Shown here: in pieces, positions 28,055 to 38,298 of the stretch
How the letters are laid out: each line of letters opens with the position of its first letter
Position numbering within the stretch: the stretch's first letter is position 1
NCBI GenBank assembly: GCA_964561025.1
Contig: CAZLNM010000002.1
Coordinates: 43,235 to 107,234, forward strand
Source of the DNA: an uncultured Myxococcales bacterium
GTDB lineage: Bacteria > Myxococcota > B64-G9
DNA length: 64,000 nucleotides
Reading direction: 5' to 3'
Made by a program: the position numbers and the translations under genes
Notes under the pieces: model-generated
Told to the model about the DNA's origin: nothing
What the model saw: only the letters and a program-made list of their open reading frames with translations
The model's database searches: none

Positions 28055-29707
28055 ATGACCGAATACGCCACCAGTCCCGACGGCGAGCGCTTCGCCTTGC
28101 CGGCCCCGTCCGAGTACCCCGCCGAGCTCGAACGCCTGCAGCGGCTCGTCGCCGAGGCCCGCGCCGCGGGCCAGGAGGTGGTGGTGGTGATGGGCCTGGG
28201 CTTCGTGGGCGCGGTGATGGCCGCCATCGTGGCGGACACCGTGGACCCCAAGACCGGCAAGAGCAGCAAGTTCGTCATCGGCTGCCAGCGTCCCAGCACC
28301 CGCAGCTTCTGGAAGATCCCCCTGCTCAACCGCGGCGTCTCCCCGGTGAAGGCCGAGGACCCGGAAGTCAACCCCATGATCCGGCGCGCGGTGCTGGAGA
28401 AGCGCACCCTCACCGCCACCTTCAACCCCGACTGCCTGTCGCTCGCCGACTGCGTCATCGTGGACGTGCAGTGCGACTTTCGCAAGCCGCGCCTGGGGGC
28501 CATGCGCGAGGGCACGGTGGAGATGGCCGCGCTGGAGGCCACCATCCGCACCATCGGGGAGAAGATCCGCCCCGAGTGCCTGACCCTGATCGAGACCACG
28601 GTGGCCCCGGGCACCACCGAGTTCGTGGCCTGGCCGCTGCTCAAGCGCGCCTTCGCCGCGCGCGGCATCCCGGGCGAGCCCTTGCTCGCCCACAGCTTCG
28701 AGCGGGTGATGCCCGGCAAGGAGTACGTGGCCTCCATCCGCGACTTCTGGCGGGTGTGCGCCGGCTGCAACCCGGAGTCGCGCCGCCGGGTGGAGAAGTT
28801 CTTGCGCGAGGTGATCCACACCGAGCGCTTCCCGCTCACGGTGATGGACCGGCCCATCGAGAGCGAGACCACCAAGATCGTGGAGAACTCCTACCGGGCC
28901 ACCATCCTGGCCTTCCTCAACGAGTGGAGCATCTTCGCCGAGCGCAACGGGGTGGATCTGATCAAGGTGATCCAGGCCATCCGGGTGCGGCCCACCCACG
29001 ACAACATCATCTTCCCCGGCCCGGGCATCGGCGGCTACTGCCTGCCCAAGGACGCGGGGCTGGGCTACTGGGCCTACCAGCACCTGCTGGGTTTCGAGGA
29101 CGGCGACCGGGTGTTCCGCATCTCCCCGACCGCGGTGGACATCAACGACACCCGCGCCCTGCACGCGGCCGAGCTGGTGCGCGACGCCTTGCGCAACATG
29201 AGCCGGCACATCGCCGGGGCGGAGGTGCTGCTGTGCGGCGCCAGCTACCGCCAGGACGTGGGCGACACCCGCTACAGCGGCTCGGAGCTGCTGGTCCGCA
29301 AGCTCTCCGAGATGGGCGCCGAGATGCGGGTGCACGATCCCTACGTGGACCACTGGTACGAGCTGGAGCTGCAGGACGAGTACCCCGAGCCGGGCTGGAG
29401 CTGGGCGCGCTTCTTCCACAACCAGGAGAAGCTCAAACAGGTGCGGGTGCAGAAGGACCTGGCCCGGGCCCTGGCGGGCGTGGAGGCGGTGATCCTGGCG
29501 GTGCCCCACGCGCCGTACCTGTCGCTGCCGCCGCGGCAAGTCGTGGAGTGGGCCGGCGGGCCGCTGGCGGTGATCGACTGCTTCGGCATCCTGAATGACG
29601 ATGCTATCCGCGCCTACTTCGAGCTTGGCTGCGAGGTCAAGGCCTTGGGCCGCGGGCACATCAAGCGCCTCAAGGACGAGGTGCTGGCCAAGAAAGCGCG
29701 GAGGTGA
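28055..29707 (+). CDS. Nucleotide-sugar dehydrogenase (UDP-glucose/GDP-mannose dehydrogenase family), extended form
   Basis: VVVVMGLGFVGAVMAAIVAD Rossmann motif, GPGIGGYCLPKD catalytic Cys motif, and a C-terminal UDPG_MGDP_dh-like part. N- and C-terminal extensions. Confidence 0.75.
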   Translation: MTEYATSPDGERFALPAPSEYPAELERLQRLVAEARAAGQEVVVVMGLGFVGAVMAAIVADTVDPKTGKSSKFVIGCQRPSTRSFWKIPLLNRGVSPVKAEDPEVNPMIRRAVLEKRTLTATFNPDCLSLADCVIVDVQCDFRKPRLGAMREGTVEMAALEATIRTIGEKIRPECLTLIETTVAPGTTEFVAWPLLKRAFAARGIPGEPLLAHSFERVMPGKEYVASIRDFWRVCAGCNPESRRRVEKFLREVIHTERFPLTVMDRPIESETTKIVENSYRATILAFLNEWSIFAERNGVDLIKVIQAIRVRPTHDNIIFPGPGIGGYCLPKDAGLGYWAYQHLLGFEDGDRVFRISPTAVDINDTRALHAAELVRDALRNMSRHIAGAEVLLCGASYRQDVGDTRYSGSELLVRKLSEMGAEMRVHDPYVDHWYELELQDEYPEPGWSWARFFHNQEKLKQVRVQKDLARALAGVEAVILAVPHAPYLSLPPRQVVEWAGGPLAVIDCFGILNDDAIRAYFELGCEVKALGRGHIKRLKDEVLAKKARR

Positions 29708-30813
29708 GCGTGGAGGCCACGGCGAGCGGCGCGGTGTTCGTCACCGGCGGCAGCGGCTTCATCGGGCGGTTCGTGACTCAGGCGCTGGCCCGGCGGGGGC
29801 GGCGGCTCATCCTGCTATGTCGCGCCTCCTCGCGCGCGCGGCTCGAATCGCGCCTGGCCGCCTGGCCCGCCGAGCTGCCGCGGCCGACGATCGTCGAGGG
29901 GGACGTCACGCGGCCGGCGCTCGGCCTCGACGGGGACGCCCGCGCCCGCCTGGGGGACGAAGCGCGCGAGGTGCTGCATCTGGCGGCGGCCTACCGCTTG
30001 TCCATGGGCGAGGAGGAGGCCCGCGCGGTCAACGTGGAGGGGACGCGCCGGACGCTGGAGCTGGCCGCCGGCCTGCCGAATTTGCGCGCCTTTCACCTGG
30101 TGAGCTCCATCGCGGTGTCCGGCGATGCCGAGGGGACCTTCGGCGAGGACGAGCTGGACCGGGGCCAGGGGTTCTTCCACGCCTACGGCAAGAGCAAGTT
30201 CGAGTCGGAGAAGCTGGTGCGCGCCTCGGGGCTTCCCTGGCGGGTGTTCCGCCCGGGCGTGGTGGTGGGCCACTCGCAGACCGGCGAGGCGGACAAGCTC
30301 GACGGGGCGTACTACCTGTTCCGGGCGCTCTCGCGCCTGGCCCGGCTGCCGCTGGCCGCCCGCCTGCCGCTGGTCTCGATGCGCGAGGAGGACCTGTTTT
30401 TCCCGCTGGTGCCGGTGGACTTTCTGGCCGCGGCCATGACGCATCTCATGGCCGCCCCGCCGCACAGCGCCTTCCACCTGGTGGATCCGTACCCGCTCTC
30501 GTACCGGGAGTTCTACGAGCGCTCGCTGCGAGCCTTCGGGCTCACCGGGCCCATCCTGCGCCGGCCGGTGCGCCGCAGCGTGCGCCTGCTCATGTTGCCC
30601 CCGCTGCGGCAGATCGCCTCGGCGGCGGCGGCGCGCCTGGGCATGCCGTTCGAGATGCTGGGGCACGTGCTGTACCGGGTGCGCTACGACGACGCGCGCG
30701 CGCGGGCGGCGCTGGCGGGGAGCGGCGTGAGCTGCCCGCCCTTCCCCTCCTACCTGCCGCAACTGGTGGAATTCTTCCGCCGCCACGAAGCCGACCTGGC
30801 CGAGCCCGCCTGA
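29704..30813 (+). CDS. SDR-family NAD-dependent epimerase / thioester-reductase-like protein
   Basis: The GTG start overlaps the upstream stop (GTGA). VFVTGGSGFIGRFV, and Y..SK (HAYGKSK). Confidence 0.75.
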   Translation: MSVEATASGAVFVTGGSGFIGRFVTQALARRGRRLILLCRASSRARLESRLAAWPAELPRPTIVEGDVTRPALGLDGDARARLGDEAREVLHLAAAYRLSMGEEEARAVNVEGTRRTLELAAGLPNLRAFHLVSSIAVSGDAEGTFGEDELDRGQGFFHAYGKSKFESEKLVRASGLPWRVFRPGVVVGHSQTGEADKLDGAYYLFRALSRLARLPLAARLPLVSMREEDLFFPLVPVDFLAAAMTHLMAAPPHSAFHLVDPYPLSYREFYERSLRAFGLTGPILRRPVRRSVRLLMLPPLRQIASAAAARLGMPFEMLGHVLYRVRYDDARARAALAGSGVSCPPFPSYLPQLVEFFRRHEADLAEPA

Positions 30814-30880
30814 AGCGCCCGAACGGCGCGACATGGGGGACGGTCGAGCGACACTGTCCAAAGAAAGGAAGAGGCGGCGC

Positions 30881-31576
30881 TCAGATGTCCACTTCCTGCT
30901 GGCCCAGGATGAGGGCCACCTTGTGGCCGCCGTTCTTCTTTCGCACCGCCTCGATGAGCTGCTCGGGCTTCACCCGCCGCTTGAGCACCACCGAGAACAC
31001 CACCTCCTGCAGCTCTCCTCCGGCCACGCTCTCGGCGGCGATGGTGGCGTACTGTTCGAGGAATTCGCGGAAGGTCTCGGCCAGCTCCCGCTCGGGATCG
31101 GCCGCGGCGGCGAACTGCACCCGCAGGATGCGCTCGCGCACCTCCTTGGCGAACAGGTTGAACTTGTACAGCACCACCACGAAGGCCGAGATCATGACCG
31201 TGGCGAAGGCGGCCAGAAGGTAAAAGCGCGTCCCCACCGCCATGCCCACCGCCAGCGCCAGGAAGATGAAGCCCACGTCGCGCGGCTCCTTGACGGCGTT
31301 GCGGAAGCGGATGATGGAGAGCGCCCCGATCAGCGCGAAGGCGCGCGCGATGTTGGAGCCCACGATGAGCATGATGAGCGCCACCACCGTCCCCAGCAGC
31401 ACCAGGTTGTGCACCGAGGACTGGGAGTAGGACACCCCGCGGTGGGTGTAGCGGTACACCCAGGCGATGAAGAGCATGAGCACGAAGGCGAGCAGGAGCG
31501 CCAGCGCGATGTCCATCAGCGAGAAGATGCCGCTCTGATCTTTGAAGCGTTCCAGCTCGCGCATCAGTTCGGACAT
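30881..31576 (-). CDS. DUF4956-type membrane protein
   Basis: Start trimmed to ATG 31576 (GGAGG SD, 6 nt). Motifs LIGALSIIRFRNAVKEPRDVGFIF. 2 nt after the VTC gene stop. Confidence 0.7.
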   Translation of the reverse strand: MSELMRELERFKDQSGIFSLMDIALALLLAFVLMLFIAWVYRYTHRGVSYSQSSVHNLVLLGTVVALIMLIVGSNIARAFALIGALSIIRFRNAVKEPRDVGFIFLALAVGMAVGTRFYLLAAFATVMISAFVVVLYKFNLFAKEVRERILRVQFAAAADPERELAETFREFLEQYATIAAESVAGGELQEVVFSVVLKRRVKPEQLIEAVRKKNGGHKVALILGQQEVDI

Positions 31577-31578
31577 GG

Positions 31579-32364
31579 TCATCCTCCTAGGATTCTCTGC
31601 TGTGCCACCGCCGGTCGTCCCGGGCCGGGCAGCACCTCGATCCGCTGCCGGCGCGCGTGGCGCAGCCCGGCGCAGTACTTGCTCACCCGGTGCAGCTGGC
31701 AGTTGTGGCGGGCGAGCCAGGACACCACCCAGTCGGGCACGCTGTCGTTGACCTTGACCTCCATGACGCACCAGTCGGGCGGCAGGAACAGGCTCCCGCC
31801 CCAGCCCGCGCGCACGGAGAGCGGGTCCACCCGCGAGCGCAGCAAGGTGTCGAAGGTGACGCGCAGGCCCAGGTCGTAGCGTCCGCCCACGAAGGCCCGT
31901 CGCCAGTAGGACACCACGCAGGTCGGACGCAGGTGCATGGCGGCCACCAGGTAGCGCACCTCGCCCACCACCTGCTCGTCCAGCTCGTCGAGCTCGCCCG
32001 GCGGTCGCTCGCCGCGGCACAGGGCTTCGGCGGCCGGAAGCACAAGCTCGATGCGTCGTTTTTGAACCGTGCGGTTGATGCGCTGCTTGATCTCCACCAT
32101 GCCGCGCGACACCCGGTCTTGCGCGTCGGGGTACACCCGCAGGCGCAGCTTGCGGCGGAACTTGAGCCCGTCGAGCTTGGCCCGGTACATGTCGAGGCCG
32201 GGGCTGTCGAAGTACAGCGAGACGATCCGGTAGCCGCGCTCGCCGCCGTGCTCGTCGGGCCGGACCATGGCGGCGAGGTCGTTCATCACCGCGCGTGCCC
32301 GGACGGCGGGCAGCAGGTACTTGAGCTCGTAGCGGTTGAAGCGCCGGATGGTGTCGCCGCTCAC
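31579..32364 (-). CDS. VTC (Vtc4-like polyphosphate polymerase / CYTH-like) domain protein
   Basis: GTG 32364 (GGAGGG SD) overlaps the upstream stop (GTGA). RFNRYELKYLL, IVSLYFDSP, KFRRKLRLR, VEIKQR, and MEVKVN. Confidence 0.75.
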   Translation of the reverse strand: MSGDTIRRFNRYELKYLLPAVRARAVMNDLAAMVRPDEHGGERGYRIVSLYFDSPGLDMYRAKLDGLKFRRKLRLRVYPDAQDRVSRGMVEIKQRINRTVQKRRIELVLPAAEALCRGERPPGELDELDEQVVGEVRYLVAAMHLRPTCVVSYWRRAFVGGRYDLGLRVTFDTLLRSRVDPLSVRAGWGGSLFLPPDWCVMEVKVNDSVPDWVVSWLARHNCQLHRVSKYCAGLRHARRQRIEVLPGPGRPAVAQQRILGG

Positions 32365-32921
32365 GGGCCCTCCTCGAAGGACAGCCGCACCGCCAGCTCC
32401 GAGGGGTCGGGCGCGAAGCGCTTGCCGCCCAGGCGCACCTCGATGATCTCGGGCACGGGCCCGGGCGGGGGCAGCTCGATCTGGACGGCGCCCGGGGCGG
32501 ATACCACGGTTCGCTTGCGGAAGGTCGGGCCGCGCACGGTGAGGGTGAAGGGCAGGCGCTCGGGCGCGGTGTGGACCTCGAGCCGCAGCGCCCGCACCCG
32601 CTCGGAGTCGGGGAAGCGCAACACCCAGGCGGTCGGGACCGCCAGCCACCCGCCTTGGTGGGCGCTCAAGATGCCGATGCTGGCCTCTCCCAGGAGGGCC
32701 GTGCGCAAGGCCGGGTGCTTTTGCAGCTCCTCCAGGATGAGCGAGCGAACGTCCGCTCCGATGCGCATCCGGTCGCTTCCGCGCAGGGCTTGCGTGACCC
32801 GGAAGATCCGGTCCAGCGGCGGCGTGGCGGCGCCCCAGGCGAAGAAGCCGGCCACGGCGGCGTAGACCAGGATCACCGCCACGAAGCCGAGGCTGGGCAG
32901 GCGTCCCGGGGTGGGCTTCAT
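32361..32921 (-). CDS. Small single-TM protein, unknown function
   Basis: ATG 32921 overlaps the CotH gene TGA (ATGA). TM segment LGFVAVILVYAAVAGFFAW. Confidence 0.55.
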   Translation of the reverse strand: MKPTPGRLPSLGFVAVILVYAAVAGFFAWGAATPPLDRIFRVTQALRGSDRMRIGADVRSLILEELQKHPALRTALLGEASIGILSAHQGGWLAVPTAWVLRFPDSERVRALRLEVHTAPERLPFTLTVRGPTFRKRTVVSAPGAVQIELPPPGPVPEIIEVRLGGKRFAPDPSELAVRLSFEEGP

Positions 32922-35698
32922 GGCGCGCCTCCCGACGCGGCCATCCCCAGGCGGGCGGGAAGTTCGCTCCATGCCCCGAGGCCCAGCACGTCGTAGAGCA
33001 AGCGCGACAGGCCGTGCGCCGGCAGGTGCCGCTCCACCCGGCCGACGGTCAGCGCCTCGGCCGAGGACTTGTCCAGGTCGATCTCCTCCTGGTTGTCCAC
33101 CAGGTAGATGGTCTCGGCGGCGATGCGGCTCTCGCCGGTGTACCACACGTCGCGGCGGTTGACCCGGATGCCGGTGCGGTTTTCGAAAATCAGGCTGTCC
33201 GAAAGCTCCACCCGCGAGGCGTTCTTGGCGAGCAAGCCCACGCGCGAGCGCGCGAGCAGGCAGTCTTGCACCCGCACCCGGCTCTTCTCGCCGGCGGACA
33301 GCGCGTTCCCGCCGCAGCCGATGAGCAGGCTGTCGGCCAGGGAGAGCTCGGCGCTCATGAGGTCCAGGCACTCGTCGCCGCTGTCGCGGATATCGAGGCC
33401 GCGCAGCTCGCCGGACACGAACTCCAGGTCGATGGCGTCGCGCGCCGCCCCCGAGAAACGGCCGCCGTCGATGACCAGTGCCTCGAGGTAGGCCCCGTGC
33501 AACAGGTCCGGCGCCGTGCGGTTCGAGATCATCTCGATCTCCCGTAGCACCACGTCGCGGGTGTCGTGGAGGTTGAGCATTCCGGAGTAATAGCCGAGGT
33601 TGTGCCGGGCGTGCGACCCGCCGATGATGTGCACGTGCTCGAGTCGGGCTCCGGCCGCCGCCGGCCCCTGCACGATCACGCCTCCGAACGGCGCCGCGTC
33701 GAGCGCTTCGATGCGGATGGGCCGCGAGGGCGTGCCGCGGGCAAGCAGCGGGCCCAGGAACACCAGCGACGCCTCGTGCCCGAGACGCAGCGTGGTGCCG
33801 GGCGCGATGGCGACACGCTGGTGGGGTTCGAACACCTTGCCCTCGGGCAGCTCCACCACGCCCGGGCCCAGCGACACCGTCTCGGCCGCGGGGAGGGTCA
33901 ACGCGGCCGGGTGGACCGAGAGCGTCCCGGCGGCCAGGGTGGGGACGTCATCGACCCTGGCCCACGACGGTGACCCCGCCGCCGCCGCGCGCTCGCGGGA
34001 GCGGATCCGGCCCTGGGTGAAGCCGTGCCGGCCCTCGGCCCACAGCTTGGCCGGGCGGCAGTCCGCGCGCACCTCGAAGTCGTACTCGGCGGGCCGGGCC
34101 TGGGCGCTCAACGCCTGCGGCCCGTCGCCGGCGTCCGGGCGCTGGAGGAGCTCGGCGCCCGGAAGGAGCGTGAGCGGCTCGTCCAGCAGGAAGTCGCCGC
34201 CAGGGGTCTCGGGCCCGAGCGGGCGCTCCCGGTACCACACCTGCATGCGCCCGGCGCACCCCGGCGGCCACTCGGCGTGGAACGAGCGCAGCTCGATCCC
34301 CGCCGGCCCCTCCACCCACAGGCGCACGGAAAATCGGCCCTGCCGGAATGGTCCGGGCGGTTCCAGGGCCAGGGGGTTCGCCGCGAGTTCGGCGGCGAGC
34401 GCCGCGTGGCGCTCGGCCAGCGTCACCAGGGCGTTGTCGAGGGCCAGGCCCAGCCGGGACAGGTCCATGGGGCGCAGGATCTTGTCGGTCCCGCCGGGGA
34501 GGGGGGGGAGCTGGTCCGAGGCGCGCCACACCGGATCGGAGAGGAGATCGGGGAGCAGGCCGGTCACCTTTTCCGTCCAGCGGCGCCGCACCTCGTTGGC
34601 GCTGGCCGGGCCCGAGAGCAGACGCCACAGGCTGCGGCCGCGCAGCTCGTTGTACTGCGGGAGCAACGAGAGCCGCAGCCGGAGCGGATCGGCCGAGGAG
34701 GGCCGCCCGGCCGGGCGCTGAAAGCCCCGCAAGGCGCTGGCCACGGGTTCGAACCGGCCGCGGAAGGGATCGAAGTAGAGCTTGTGATTGCGCCGGGCGT
34801 CCCGGCTGCGGATGCCGAGGGCCATCTCCAGCGCCTCCAGCGCGGCGAAGCGCTCGAGGTCGAGCTCCTGGCGGGCGAAGGCGGCGAACTCGCGGTGGCT
34901 GGCGCGCGCCACTCGGTCGAGCAGGCGCTCGAGCTCGCTCTTGTCCTTTTGCTCCTCGGGGGCGCGCCAGGCGATCTTCTTCCAAGCATTGCTCCCGCGC
35001 CACAGATCGCCCGGGTCGCCGGGATCCAGGTTGCCGGAGTACAGGCTCCCCGGGTAGCGGTCGTTCGCGCGCAGCAGCTCCTCGCCGACCTGCTGGGCGA
35101 GGCGCATCACGCCGCGGTCCGCGCCGTTGTGCCGCACCCGCACGAAGGTATGGCGCGCGGTGAGCAGCCCCAGCGAGGCCGCCAGCTCCTGCGCCACCTC
35201 CTCCGCGCCCAGACGGGGCGACGGTTCGGGGACGAGGTTGAACACCCGACATCCCAGGACGAGATCGCCGCGCGAAAGCTGCACCTTCACCGGCCGCTTG
35301 GGGTTGAGGCGAAAGCCGCGCTCGCCGCGCGCGCGCACCATCACCGGGTGGCGCTGGCCGTCGTGTTCGAGGAGGGCCGACACGTAGGGGCGCCCTCGGG
35401 GGATGGCCAGCGACGCCTCCAGCCGGTCCAGCTCGGCGTTGTCGAACAGCAAGTGGATCTGGGGCAGCCGCGGCGGCTCCGGCGGGGCGGGCTGCAACAG
35501 GCGGCGCACGTCGGCGCGCAGCGTGTCGTGCAGCCAGAGCTGAAAGTCCTCGAGGCCCGGCGCGGGACCCGGGACGAGCTCGCGGAAGGCGCTCATGGAG
35601 GCGTGGGCGCGCCAGGCGTACCACAGGGCGAACAGCCCCCCCGGCAGGCAGATGAGCAGCGCCGACAGCGCTCGCATGCGGTAGATCCGGCGCAGCAT
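32918..35698 (-). CDS. CotH kinase-family protein with N-terminal TM and C-terminal parallel beta-helix repeats
   Basis: CotH-like region (HLLFDNAELDRL..., VRVRHNGADRGVM, RNHKLYFDPFRGRFEP). C-terminal part of about 300 aa shows right-handed beta-helix periodicity. Confidence 0.7.
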   Translation of the reverse strand: MLRRIYRMRALSALLICLPGGLFALWYAWRAHASMSAFRELVPGPAPGLEDFQLWLHDTLRADVRRLLQPAPPEPPRLPQIHLLFDNAELDRLEASLAIPRGRPYVSALLEHDGQRHPVMVRARGERGFRLNPKRPVKVQLSRGDLVLGCRVFNLVPEPSPRLGAEEVAQELAASLGLLTARHTFVRVRHNGADRGVMRLAQQVGEELLRANDRYPGSLYSGNLDPGDPGDLWRGSNAWKKIAWRAPEEQKDKSELERLLDRVARASHREFAAFARQELDLERFAALEALEMALGIRSRDARRNHKLYFDPFRGRFEPVASALRGFQRPAGRPSSADPLRLRLSLLPQYNELRGRSLWRLLSGPASANEVRRRWTEKVTGLLPDLLSDPVWRASDQLPPLPGGTDKILRPMDLSRLGLALDNALVTLAERHAALAAELAANPLALEPPGPFRQGRFSVRLWVEGPAGIELRSFHAEWPPGCAGRMQVWYRERPLGPETPGGDFLLDEPLTLLPGAELLQRPDAGDGPQALSAQARPAEYDFEVRADCRPAKLWAEGRHGFTQGRIRSRERAAAAGSPSWARVDDVPTLAAGTLSVHPAALTLPAAETVSLGPGVVELPEGKVFEPHQRVAIAPGTTLRLGHEASLVFLGPLLARGTPSRPIRIEALDAAPFGGVIVQGPAAAGARLEHVHIIGGSHARHNLGYYSGMLNLHDTRDVVLREIEMISNRTAPDLLHGAYLEALVIDGGRFSGAARDAIDLEFVSGELRGLDIRDSGDECLDLMSAELSLADSLLIGCGGNALSAGEKSRVRVQDCLLARSRVGLLAKNASRVELSDSLIFENRTGIRVNRRDVWYTGESRIAAETIYLVDNQEEIDLDKSSAEALTVGRVERHLPAHGLSRLLYDVLGLGAWSELPARLGMAASGGAP

Positions 35699-35914
35699 CA
35701 GGATGGTCTCTCACACCGGCGCCCAGGAGACGTGCTGGCGCATTCGATGTCCCTCGGCGCCCGGTGGTTGACAGGCGAAAAATCCTGAAAGTGGTCCAAC
35801 GCCATGCCGCAGAACGCGCCCCCGTCCGCGCGGGCTCCCGGGGCCTCGCGGCCGGGCGCGTCGAAGGCCGTGTGGGCGTGCCGAAAGGGTGTCGCCGTAC
35901 GGTTCACGGCCACC

Positions 35915-37072
35915 TCAGAAGATCAGGTTGAGCTGGAGCCCCGCCCGGGTCGGGAAGTACAGCGGCTCCTCTTGCGCCTCGGTGGAGTGATCGGCGTAGG
36001 ACACGCTGCGCGGGTCCCCCAGCGTGGTCTCGCCGTACAGGACCAGACGCGCGTCGGCGGCGAAGTCCAGGTTCAGCGCCGCCGCCAGCCGGTACCCCTC
36101 GCCGCTCACGGCGGTGGTGGGTTCCAGCACCTCGCCCATCACCGCCGGAGTGAGCCAGAGGTCCGAGCCGATCTCGATGCGGTAGGCGAGCGTGGCGTGG
36201 CCGCCCACGAACTTGCCGCCTCCCAGGTGAAACTCGGCCTGGCCCGCCGGGGCGCGGTTGTACAGCACCGGGTTGTCCCCGAACCCCGCCTCGAGCAGGA
36301 GGGTGAAACCGCCCGCGTCGATCTCGACGTCGGCGCCCAGCATGGCCACCCAGAAGTCCTGCCGGCTGGCCGCCACCGAGAAGCGCTTGGCGCTCGCCCC
36401 GAGAGCCAGGCTCAGCCAGCGGACGGGCCGGATCTCGAGCCGGGCCACCACGTCGCGGTGGGCGCTCTCCCGGCCCGACAAAAAGTCGAGCGCGTTGAAG
36501 TACCCCAGCGACCAGCGCAGATCCCAAAGCGACTTCAGCCGCCCGCCGGCCATGAGGCCAAGGTCGCGGTCGCCGTAGCCGCCGGCGTGTTGCAGGCTCC
36601 CGCTGCCGGCGAGGTCGCCGAGGTGGAGGTTGCTCACGAAGGTGCCGTCCAGCATGCCGCGCTCGGGGACGAGCAGATCCCAGGGCGAGCGGAGGCGCAG
36701 GCGCGAGAACGGCTTCTTGAAGTGCCCCGCCCGCAGGAAGAGCTTTTTCCCCAGGCGGAACTCGCCGTAGCAGTCCTTGAGCAACTGGTCGATGGCGAAG
36801 CCGCCACTTCCGCCGTTGCCCGCCGCCGAAAAACCGTCCGCCGCGTCCAGCTCGAGCACCAGGCGCAGCCGCTTGGAAAGATCCCAGCGCGCGTCCAGCC
36901 GGGCCCGCGGGATGTCCAGGTAGTGCGTCCAGCCGGCGCGGTCGCGATCCAGGGTGGACTGGTCGATGAGCTCCAGGCGGGTCTGGAGCTTGCCGCGCAC
37001 GCGCACTTCGTCGGCCGAGGTGGCGGCCGGCAGGAGGGCGACCAGGGCGGACAGGAATGCCAGGCGTTTCAT
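35915..37072 (-). CDS. Outer-membrane porin (phosphate-selective porin O/P-like)
   Basis: Start trimmed to ATG 37072. Signal peptide, beta-strand periodicity, and terminal ...GLQLNLIF with C-terminal Phe. Confidence 0.6.
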   Translation of the reverse strand: MKRLAFLSALVALLPAATSADEVRVRGKLQTRLELIDQSTLDRDRAGWTHYLDIPRARLDARWDLSKRLRLVLELDAADGFSAAGNGGSGGFAIDQLLKDCYGEFRLGKKLFLRAGHFKKPFSRLRLRSPWDLLVPERGMLDGTFVSNLHLGDLAGSGSLQHAGGYGDRDLGLMAGGRLKSLWDLRWSLGYFNALDFLSGRESAHRDVVARLEIRPVRWLSLALGASAKRFSVAASRQDFWVAMLGADVEIDAGGFTLLLEAGFGDNPVLYNRAPAGQAEFHLGGGKFVGGHATLAYRIEIGSDLWLTPAVMGEVLEPTTAVSGEGYRLAAALNLDFAADARLVLYGETTLGDPRSVSYADHSTEAQEEPLYFPTRAGLQLNLIF

Positions 37073-37085
37073 GGGTTCTCCCCCT

Positions 37086-38144
37086 CTAGCGGCAGCCGGC
37101 GGAGAGGCACACACGCACGTCCTTCACCGAGCCGACCACCAGCTCGATCTCCCCGCTGCCCGCGGCCCGGACGGCGCGCTGGTAGCGCATGGCGTAGGAG
37201 GGCTTCTGGATGACCAGGGTGCGCTGACGGAAGCCGTCCACCAGCGCATCCGGGATCTCCAGCTCGCCGGCCGAATCCTCGGCGTCGCACAAGATCCCCA
37301 CCGGCGGTGCGGGGTCGTGCAGGCCGCCGAGGAGGATGAGCCGCACCCGGCTCCCGTCGCCGGCGCTCTGCCAGCGGAAGCGGGCCGCGCTGCCCGCCAG
37401 GAGCTCGACCTGCGCGTCGGCCGAGAGCGGCACCACCCCCGGGGCCGAGAGCGAGATGGCGCCCAGCGCCCCGCCTGGCGCGCTGGCCTGGATGGTGGCC
37501 CCGGCATCGAACAGGTCCGCCGGGGGCGAGGCCAGCGCGTACCGGTCGGTGGTGTCAGGGGGTAGCGAGATGGCCGCGTGCGTGCCCGAGACGGAGATCT
37601 CGCCCACGTCGTAGTGGCGCGGCAGCGGCTTGCAGGTCGCGCTCTGGTCGTCGCACCACTGGTCTTCGCCGCAACGCGGTTGGCAAGGATCGTAGCGCAC
37701 GACCACCCGGGCGCAGGGAGAGTACAGCCGGCACACCCCGGCCGCTTCCACCGGTTGGCAGAACCACTCGAGCTGGTGGGGGAGGAAGCGGTAGTACGAG
37801 GGCTGGTCGGCGAAGTACGCGCCGACACCCTTGAACCAGTCGGAGCCGGCGAACCACATCACCTCGGCCTCGAAGATGGCGATGTAGCCGAAGACGGTCT
37901 TGCTCTCGCCGCGGCAGGCGCCGTCCGCGCAGCCCTGGGCGCAGGTGCGGTCCGTACTCTGGTACCGGCACTCGCCGGTCTTGGGGTCGCAGGTCCCGGT
38001 GCCGGTGTACTCGGCCAGCACGCTCTCGTTGCGGCAGAAGTCCGCGGGGGGCTCGTCGCACACCTTGTTCCAGCAACGGTCCGTGACCTCGGATCCACCG
38101 CAGCCCAGCCAAGCCAATGTGCCCAACGCCAACGCCCATTTCAT
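37086..38144 (-). CDS. Cys-rich lipoprotein, unknown function
   Basis: Lipobox LAWLGC. N-terminal Cys-rich module. 13 nt upstream of the porin gene. Confidence 0.65.
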   Translation of the reverse strand: MKWALALGTLAWLGCGGSEVTDRCWNKVCDEPPADFCRNESVLAEYTGTGTCDPKTGECRYQSTDRTCAQGCADGACRGESKTVFGYIAIFEAEVMWFAGSDWFKGVGAYFADQPSYYRFLPHQLEWFCQPVEAAGVCRLYSPCARVVVRYDPCQPRCGEDQWCDDQSATCKPLPRHYDVGEISVSGTHAAISLPPDTTDRYALASPPADLFDAGATIQASAPGGALGAISLSAPGVVPLSADAQVELLAGSAARFRWQSAGDGSRVRLILLGGLHDPAPPVGILCDAEDSAGELEIPDALVDGFRQRTLVIQKPSYAMRYQRAVRAAGSGEIELVVGSVKDVRVCLSAGCR

Positions 38145-38298
38145 GGCTCATCCTCCGCGTGCTTTTACATGGGGGGCATACCAGCACACTTTGCTTTCCT
38201 CCGCAATCAGTTGCGAGTGTCCGGCCCGCCTGAACGTACCTTGTGAATACCACAATTCGATTCAGCCATTGTGGATCTTGTCGTGGCGCGGCGCGCCA

